Part shown: piece after piece, positions 25,782 through 32,000 of the stretch | How positions within the stretch are numbered: position 1 is the stretch's first letter | How the letters are laid out: each line of letters starts with the position of its first letter | Assembly: GCF_003945235.1 (NCBI RefSeq) | Contig: NZ_RSDW01000001.1 | Span: 120,001-152,000 of the forward strand | Reading direction: 5' to 3' | Length of the DNA stretch: 32,000 nucleotides | Origin: Edaphobacter aggregans | GTDB taxonomy: Bacteria; Acidobacteriota; Terriglobia; Terriglobales; Acidobacteriaceae | Notes under the pieces: model-generated | Databases searched by the model: none | What the model was told of the DNA's origin: nothing | Seen by the model: only the letters and a program-made list of their open reading frames with translations | Made by a program: the position numbers and the translations under genes

Positions 25782-26375
25782 ATGAAAATCGCCTTTGACC
25801 CTCCTCACACTGCCCTGCTCGCCATGGATTGCCAGACTGGCATCGTGTCGGTCTATGCGACGTCGAACGACGATTTCATCATGCGAGCCTCGGGCGCCCT
25901 GACCGCGGCTCGGACAGCGGGGATGCTCATTATTCAGGTTCAGGTGGGATTTCGGCCAGGCCTGCCAGAGGTCAGCAGTCACAATAAGTCATTCGCGGCA
26001 GTCAAGTCTTCCAAGCCACACCAGGAGTTCTTTCAGGGCACCTCCGGCGCGATTCACCCGGCACTTGGGCCGGAGCCTACGGACATTATCGTGACAAAGC
26101 ATCGGGTCAGCGCGTTTGTGGGAACAGATCTCGAAATGCTACTTCGCGCGAACGAGATTGAGACGATTGTCTTGTTCGGCATCGCGACGAGTGGGGTCGT
26201 ACTCTCGACTTTGCTGCAGGCCAGCGATGCGGACTACCGACTCGTCGTGATTGCGGATTGCTGCGCGGATTTGGACATGGAGCTCCACAGGACGCTACTG
26301 GAGCGGTTCTTTCCCACGCGAGCGGAAGTGATCACTACCGAAGAATTTCGCGACTGCCTGAACTGTACAAATTGA
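25782..26375 (+). CDS. isochorismatase-family cysteine hydrolase
   Basis: 197 aa: TALLAMDCQ...IIVTKHRVSAFVGTDLEMLLRANEIETIVLFGIATSGVVLSTLLQASDADYRLVVIADCCAD, giving the D/K/C catalytic pattern. Confidence 0.9.
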   Translation: MKIAFDPPHTALLAMDCQTGIVSVYATSNDDFIMRASGALTAARTAGMLIIQVQVGFRPGLPEVSSHNKSFAAVKSSKPHQEFFQGTSGAIHPALGPEPTDIIVTKHRVSAFVGTDLEMLLRANEIETIVLFGIATSGVVLSTLLQASDADYRLVVIADCCADLDMELHRTLLERFFPTRAEVITTEEFRDCLNCTN

Positions 26376-26483
26376 CGAAATGTCGAATACGATTGTCGGA
26401 CTGCCTGGAAAGTCGGGTTTGCGGCAAGTTCGCTGGTAATCGGGTAGCCGCGACAGCCAGGAGGCAGAAAGCCCCGAGTGCGA

Positions 26484-26873
26484 TTAGTGGATGCGTTCAT
26501 GGGTGAAGCGGTCGCGGCCCGCCCAATACGGGCAGTGCGGGCAGGAGTGGTCTTCGGGGTAGTCGATACCTTCCTCGTGCGGGCAGCCGATGACGCGGTC
26601 GATCACGACCACGGAGCGAGCCTTATGCTGGCGAAGGAAGGCTTGGATCTGCTCGCCGACAACCGGATCGCGGCGTACATCGATGTCTTCGGAGAACCAG
26701 CGTTCGAGCACGTCGGGCGGTTTGCGTTCGTCGGGGATGACGGAGACGGCAATCTTGGTGGCCAAGTCCGCAGTCGGGCCATAGAGTGCAACCGTCGCGA
26801 TAGGGTAGCCCCGGAATCCGCGCCGAGCATTCTTCGCCAGCCAGGAAGCAGACCGTTTTCTGATCTTCTTCAT
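26484..26873 (-). CDS. hypothetical protein with C-terminal CPH...CPHCPYW cysteine motif
   Basis: 129 aa: GYPIATVALYGPTADLATKIAVSVIPDE...IGCPHEEGIDYPEDHSCPHCPYWAGRDRF. It looks like a conserved small-protein family, but I cannot name it. Confidence 0.6.
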   Translation of the reverse strand: MKKIRKRSASWLAKNARRGFRGYPIATVALYGPTADLATKIAVSVIPDERKPPDVLERWFSEDIDVRRDPVVGEQIQAFLRQHKARSVVVIDRVIGCPHEEGIDYPEDHSCPHCPYWAGRDRFTHERIH

Positions 26874-27096
26874 GTCCTGATGAAATACCTTGAGCTACGG
26901 GTGTCAGTCAAGGTGTAGGACCGCTTCGCCGTTTTCTCTGTCACTCTTGGCTGGCGAATCCTGAGGGACGAACTTTCTCAAAACCCCGTTTTGCGTTCAT
27001 GCGAATGCTTCGGCTAGTTGATCGCGGGTTGACCTACAGACGGGTGCGCTCGCTTTCATGGACGGAGATGGTCGTCAGATATGCGGAAATGGGGTG

Positions 27097-27855
27097 TTAT
27101 TGACTCGTGAGATGGAAAGTGACTAGCCATCCGACTACCATCGCCACAGATAACACCACGGGAATGGTTGCTTGTGGTTGAGACTTCTTGTTCGAGGACC
27201 AAAAGAGAAAGTACAGTGTCACGATTAATGCGCAGCCAAAGAACAGAATTACGGACGCCCATCCATACGCCTGCGCAACCAGAAAAATGGCTGCAGCCTG
27301 AGCAACAGAGACGATTATCGTGGTGACAAGCATATAGGGCCAAAAGATATGACGGATGCGAAGTGGCCGTATCTGCGATGACTGTCCTCTGGATGCACCG
27401 GAGTCCGAAGTCCATCCCAGTGAAAAAAATGCCTCGACATAGAAATTGGTGCTTTTTCGGAAGACTGCGTTTGCCGTCTTGAAGTCTTCACCTAAATAAC
27501 CCTCCAACAGCTGTTTCTGCAGCCCGTGGCCTTCCGCGTATAACGTAAGCAGGTGCCCGAGCTTCATGAAGTAATACAAAAGCAACGCCAGATCGACGGC
27601 GGCAATCACCTTCTGATCGTATCCTCCATGAATGAAATAATTTGAAAGCAAGTCTCTAAAACTTCCAATATGAAAAACGAGGGCGAGCCCGGTGGCGGCC
27701 AAGATCAGATGGGCGATCCAGTTTTTCTCCAACGCGTTTTCGAGCCCGTTCACACGTTCTGAAGTCAGCTTCAGAAGGTATTCCGTTCTTCCATTGTCTC
27801 TTTCGGGCGTCGGCCCCGATTCGTCCGCCGTGGTTAGCTGCGGTTCGTCCGCCAT
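27097..27855 (-). CDS. hypothetical multi-pass membrane protein
   Basis: Track ORF 27097..27960; the likely start is the second ATG of GGAGGGAAATGATG (27855). It has an acidic N-terminal tail and then about 4-5 hydrophobic helices (WIAHLILAATGLALVF, VIAAVDLALLLYYFMKLG, IFWPYMLVTTIIVSVAQAAAIFLVAQAY, ASVILFFGCALIVTLYFLFW, VVLSVAMVVGWLVTF). It is AT-richer than its neighbours. Confidence 0.6.
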   Translation of the reverse strand: MADEPQLTTADESGPTPERDNGRTEYLLKLTSERVNGLENALEKNWIAHLILAATGLALVFHIGSFRDLLSNYFIHGGYDQKVIAAVDLALLLYYFMKLGHLLTLYAEGHGLQKQLLEGYLGEDFKTANAVFRKSTNFYVEAFFSLGWTSDSGASRGQSSQIRPLRIRHIFWPYMLVTTIIVSVAQAAAIFLVAQAYGWASVILFFGCALIVTLYFLFWSSNKKSQPQATIPVVLSVAMVVGWLVTFHLTSQ

Positions 27856-28378
27856 CATTTCCCTCCATGACATGCTATTACTATTTGCCGGGACCGCGCG
27901 GACTTGCACTGCTCGTTCCAGGATCGATACCGGGCACGCACAAGTCTGCATGACCTGCAAAGTAGGGTTCCCGAAATGACTACAAACCGGAAACCAAAGT
28001 GCCCGTAAAGTCAGGTGGTCTCAATGGGCCGACGCAACACTCAGCTCAGACCCACATTCAATGAAAACAAAAGCTAAAAGCGCTGGCTAGGGTTAGATCA
28101 GCCGGAACCTTGCCTGGCTAGGTTTTGGCCACATCAGCCAAACAGATCGATTCTTCAGGGTAAGCATTTGTGGATCAGCTGATTAGATAGTGCTGCATCG
28201 ACCGGTTGAGCTGGCATCGTTTTTCGGCATCTACCTGAGCCACTTGTCCGAGATGCCGACTATTCGGCAACTTGCCTTGAGATCATTTTGTCGATGAGTG
28301 ATATGGTGATTTCCAACATTTGAGATAGCAAAGCGAAGTCTCGTGTTCCGGTTGGCGGTTATCCACCCTGGTCATGGG

Positions 28379-28471
28379 TCCGAGACGGGTGTCCTCGGCT
28401 TTGTACACGACTCCCATGCCGCCGCCCAGCTTCTCAATGATGCGGTAATGCGAGATGGTAGTGCCAATCAT
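28379..28471 (-). pseudogene. Ser/Thr protein kinase N-terminal stub (about 31 aa)
   Basis: [31 protein letters not shown] is the glycine-loop start of Hanks-type kinases. The expected VALK motif and the rest of the kinase are absent (track ORF 28283..28471 continues as unrelated sequence). Confidence 0.7.
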
Positions 28472-29081
28472 GTCTGCGGGCCCCGGCTTAACTTAAGTAG
28501 GAAACGCGCCCGGCCTCGTGCTCTCCTATTGTATTTCGGGCGAAGTCCAACCTACGATGCAGCGATCAATATTGGCTCGATAGAATCTCCCGGAGGCATC
28601 TTCATTTTTTGACGGTCTGGTTTTGTACATTCGATATCGGCACGTCAAGAGACGATCCCAAAAAGACTCACAGAAAAAGCATCAAAGCCAAGGCTTTTGC
28701 AAAGAGCGCGTTGTCCGCTGGTCTCATACCGTTTTTCCGCGATTTCATAGTGCCTCGACTTCTCGGCATTTGGCTGTACATCTCATGTTTGCTTTTGTAC
28801 GCTCGCGACATGCACGCGAGCCTTGTGAGAGCGTGAAGGCGTTAATTGGATTGCGTCTGTTGCATCCAGCTTCGACGTGCACGGAGCAATCCGATATCAG
28901 GCTCTACGATGCGCTCGTCGGCAGGTGAATCGCCAGTGAACGGCTCACGGCTCACACTTCCTAATAGACCATCGTGCTTGCTAAGTGACATGGAATTTAT
29001 CACTAAGCGACATCCGCAACATGGCTCAAGTCTGATTGCCTGACAACTTAACCAGAAAGACGGGCCGATGCTTGTGAGCCG

Positions 29082-30098
29082 CTACGGTTTTGCGGACGGC
29101 GGCTTCGGATTCCGGAACGTCCATGAGCCGCCGAATACGAAAGTGCGTCCCTGCGGACGAGCTTTGGCCGAATATTCGTCGTAGTACTTGAAGAAGAAGA
29201 TCAAGGCCTTCGGCGGCAGAACAAAATTGGACTGAACGCCAATGCTATGGACGGAATAGTACGGAAGCACCCTCGCAGGGACAGGAATACCGGCAACGAT
29301 TATCGTCCCGCCGTTACTCGAAACCTGCCATTGGTCATACCCAACCACTCCGAGTTGCGCTAGCATACTGAGGTCCTTCTTCAGCGGGAGGGCCTGCCCA
29401 ACTCCCCACTCCATCGTGAATGCCTGTCCGGGTGTTTTGTTGCTGACCGGGCTCGCAGGTGTATTAGCGACTTGTCTTTGTCCGTGGTTGAATTCCCATG
29501 CCGTCGCCAAATTTGCCGTGGTTCCCTTGTTCTTGGTGATGTAGTACGTGGTGCCGGACGTCATAATGTTGCCCCAATATCCGGAGCCAATGTTGTCGGT
29601 CGCTCCCGGCGTGTATCGACCAGTAGGAGCGAAGAATGCATATCCCGTGTTGAAGTCGACCCGCTTCCCAAAGTGCCAACCCAGGTTCACTGGCTGGAAG
29701 TACATATCGGCAAGACCTGCTCCCCCTCCGTTCACACTGAGGTTGGTCCCCGGTATGTCGGCCACCAGGGAACCGTTCGCAACGTTCACAGCAATATAGG
29801 GCGCGTAATAGCCGCCAAGGAACTTATGATCCGGGACGCAGTAGAGAATATTTTCGTTCGCCCAGAACGCATACGTCCCGGTCACATTCTGAAGAATGCG
29901 GTTTCCGTTGGAGTCGTTCAATCGACTGGCGGAATAATTCACGGTCAGGTTCCCATACGTGATTCCGGGATCGGGAACCACACCGGCATTGAGGCCGAAC
30001 TGTCCGGGCACCCACTGCCCCTTCTGTTGCGCCAACGCGGACGCAATATGGCAAAGGATAATTCCAGCTAGAAGTACAACTCTGCTCGTGTAGCGCAT
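29082..30098 (-). CDS. outer-membrane beta-barrel transporter (MetA-pathway-of-phenol-degradation-like family)
   Basis: Track ORF 29082..30143; the likely start is ATG 30098 after AAGGAAG (MRYTSRVVLLAGIILCHIASALAQQ signal peptide). Alternating beta-strand pattern and family-like blocks: GITYGNLTVNYSA, YAPYIAVNV, DMYFQPVNLGWHF, FNTGYAFFAPTGRY, GSGYWGN, AFTMEWGVGQ. Confidence 0.8.
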   Translation of the reverse strand: MRYTSRVVLLAGIILCHIASALAQQKGQWVPGQFGLNAGVVPDPGITYGNLTVNYSASRLNDSNGNRILQNVTGTYAFWANENILYCVPDHKFLGGYYAPYIAVNVANGSLVADIPGTNLSVNGGGAGLADMYFQPVNLGWHFGKRVDFNTGYAFFAPTGRYTPGATDNIGSGYWGNIMTSGTTYYITKNKGTTANLATAWEFNHGQRQVANTPASPVSNKTPGQAFTMEWGVGQALPLKKDLSMLAQLGVVGYDQWQVSSNGGTIIVAGIPVPARVLPYYSVHSIGVQSNFVLPPKALIFFFKYYDEYSAKARPQGRTFVFGGSWTFRNPKPPSAKP

Positions 30099-30694
30099 GT
30101 GTTCTTCCTTTCCGGTTTGTGTGGCTGGACCCTGGAGAAACACCGAGTATCCACTCAGAACTTTGGAAGATTGGCCCTAGGAGGGGTTCGGATGGATGAG
30201 CGCCGTTTTCTACACGGCTAAAAATAGAGATAAAAGCGCCATCCCAACCGCCGTCTTCGGCTGGTTGGGATGCTTGCCGGTGTTGTTCTCGTGCTCATAG
30301 TACGTGTTGAATTGGACGTGCTGTCTCAGTGGGAAGAGGTCCATGCATAGAGTGCGATGGTGCTTTATTTGCTGTACTGGCTCGTGTAATAGGGTTCGGC
30401 GGCCACATAGGTATTAGGTTTTACGTCTTGATTGAAAAGGTGCGTTGCACCGCTAATTTGTTCCGGCAGCGCCCGGTGGATGCCCCGTTTGTCCAAAGTA
30501 TTACCCGCAAGTGTCCAAGTTGGCGACTATTCGGCCAAGTGGATAAGTTCCGGTTTGTCGACCATCCGGCAGTTACGATAGTGACAAAAGGAGATGAAGC
30601 AAGGGAGCGCTGGGAGGGCTGCCCTCCTCTTTTACCGGTCAGCCACTTGCTGGCCTCTGCCAAAGCCGCATCAATTAAGTTGGATGCTATAGAG

Positions 30695-32000
30695 TCAGTC
30701 TACGATCGCTGCCGCCTCATCCTCGGCGTCTTCTACAGCTTTCTGATCGGCCGCACTCAACCCCGATGGCTTCGTATTGATTGTGATCTTGAGGATCTTG
30801 CCGGTGAACTTGTTGTCTCCCTGCTTGTAGTCGTTGGATACGGCTGTTTCACCGTCCATACCTACATCCGCGCCCTCGTCGCCGGAAAAGATGAAGGGCT
30901 GGGTCTTCGGTATGTGTCCTTCCGCCACTTGCTGGCCGTCAATGTAGAGGACCGATCTGCCTCCAGCGCCCGGTTTGGGAGCATCGGGGATGAACTCATA
31001 CTTGATCTCGTGTTTACCCGCGGAGAGTGGCGCCGGCCCGACGATATTGGTCCTTTCCACCCCGAAGTAGTTGTACTCGTGATGGACTTTGCCGTCTTTC
31101 ATGTAGAGGGTCCAGCCGCCGAATGCGCCCGCTTGTGCGATGATCACCCCATTGGTGTTGGCGTCCGGCAGTTCCACCGGCGCTGTGATGGTGTAAGGGC
31201 GGTTCTTGACGTTGATGAAGGCATTTTCCGTCATCCCTACCATCCCCGGATAAACCGTCAATGAACTGCGACCCGCCATCAAGTCGGGTCTTCCAGCCAT
31301 AGCTGGGACAAAGCGCTCGAATCGCCGGTCGTCGATGGGCAACACGTGGTTCTTCTCCGCCTCCTTCATGAACAGGGCCTGCAGTTCTTTCAGCTTTGCA
31401 GGGTTCTGGGCAGCGAGGTCCCTGGCTTCGCTGAAGTCGTCGGCAACGTGATACAGCTCCCAGACGTCCTGTGAAAGCGGTGGATTGGGGGCATCCAGCC
31501 AGGGAATGGAGTGGCGTGTACAAGCCACCCAGCCGTCATGGTAGATGCCGCGATTTCCGAACATTTCGAAATACTGCGTGGTATGTGTCTCCTTCGCGTT
31601 GGCGTTGTCGAAGGTGTAGATCATTGAAGTTCCATCGAACGGCAATTGCACCGTCCCATTCACGCTCTTGGGAAACGGCAAGCCCGCCGCTTCCATCACC
31701 GTCGGCGCAATGTCGGTAACGTATGTGAACTGGGAACGGACCTCCCCCTTGGCCTTGATGTGCGCCGGCCAATGGATCACCATCCCATTCGTAGTTCCGC
31801 CGTAGTGTGACGCGATCTGCTTGGTCCACTGGAAAGGAGTATCGCCCCCCCATGCCCAGCCGATGGCGTAATGGGGGAAAGTGCTGGGGTCGCCCCAGGC
31901 GTCCAGATGAGGCATGTTGATCTTGGCATCGCTGATGATTCCATTGAGCGCCATGATCTCGTTGTAAGCGCCCTCCGGTCCCCCTTCTGCACTGGCACCA
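30695..32000 (-). CDS. arylsulfatase (large type), C-terminal approx. 435 aa; 5' end beyond the window
   Basis: The frame stays open upstream of the listed M (31954) to the window edge (GASAEGGPEGAYNEIMALNG...). Sulfatase blocks: WGGDTPFQWTKQIASHYGGTTNGMVIHWP, VTDIAPTVMEAAGLPFP, YFEMFGNRGIYHDGW, WELYHVADDFSEARDLA. + ORF 30329..31264 is antisense noise. Confidence 0.9.
   Translation of the reverse strand, partial: GASAEGGPEGAYNEIMALNGIISDAKINMPHLDAWGDPSTFPHYAIGWAWGGDTPFQWTKQIASHYGGTTNGMVIHWPAHIKAKGEVRSQFTYVTDIAPTVMEAAGLPFPKSVNGTVQLPFDGTSMIYTFDNANAKETHTTQYFEMFGNRGIYHDGWVACTRHSIPWLDAPNPPLSQDVWELYHVADDFSEARDLAAQNPAKLKELQALFMKEAEKNHVLPIDDRRFERFVPAMAGRPDLMAGRSSLTVYPGMVGMTENAFINVKNRPYTITAPVELPDANTNGVIIAQAGAFGGWTLYMKDGKVHHEYNYFGVERTNIVGPAPLSAGKHEIKYEFIPDAPKPGAGGRSVLYIDGQQVAEGHIPKTQPFIFSGDEGADVGMDGETAVSNDYKQGDNKFTGKILKITINTKPSGLSAADQKAVEDAEDEAAAIVD

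Noticed and set aside
30329-31264. 311-aa + ORF
   Set aside because: Antisense to the arylsulfatase gene; no protein-like motifs.
1-32000. CRISPR arrays, rRNA genes, reverse transcriptase/DGR or retron components, restriction-modification or other recognisable defence enzymes
   Set aside because: I found no regularly spaced short repeats other than those reported, and no translations with RT, nuclease, methyltransferase, Cas or similar signatures.

Overview
Moderately GC-rich bacterial chromosome segment. It most likely comes from an Acidobacteriota (Terriglobia-type) genome; this is inferred from a PEP-CTERM protein, an ADOP-type duplicated FtsX permease and a CadC-wHTH::TolB-propeller regulator. 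The flanks look like ordinary chromosomal genes. On the left (1-3.4 kb) are an isoaspartyl peptidase, a SYLF protein, a PEP-CTERM protein and an SDR. On the right (22.9-32 kb) are the ADOP permease, an isochorismatase-family hydrolase, an outer-membrane channel and an arylsulfatase. The centre (about 3.7-22.7 kb) begins at a tRNA-Leu(GAG) and is a mosaic accessory region full of decayed mobile DNA: three separate tyrosine-recombinase remnants, a tRNA-Asn 3' fragment, one intact and one decayed IS481-family copy, a frameshifted TniB/MuB-like ATPase with transposon-end repeats, and a transposase tail. Two cargo loci stand out as uncharacterised. (1) A 1399-aa protein with no signal peptide has tectonin-like beta-propeller repeats fused to a helical, multi-TM C-terminus. 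It lies between the two IS481 copies and is divergently paired with a TetR regulator, and the shared intergenic region carries three copies of a TTRACAGTGRC motif. (2) A 203-aa protein consists of three near-identical 207-bp tandem repeats, each encoding a WRFCSKC...GVCAAGG.H cysteine module, next to a divergent AraC regulator. I saw no CRISPR array, rRNA, reverse transcriptase or recognisable defence-system enzyme. All homology calls come from reading the translations; no database search was run.
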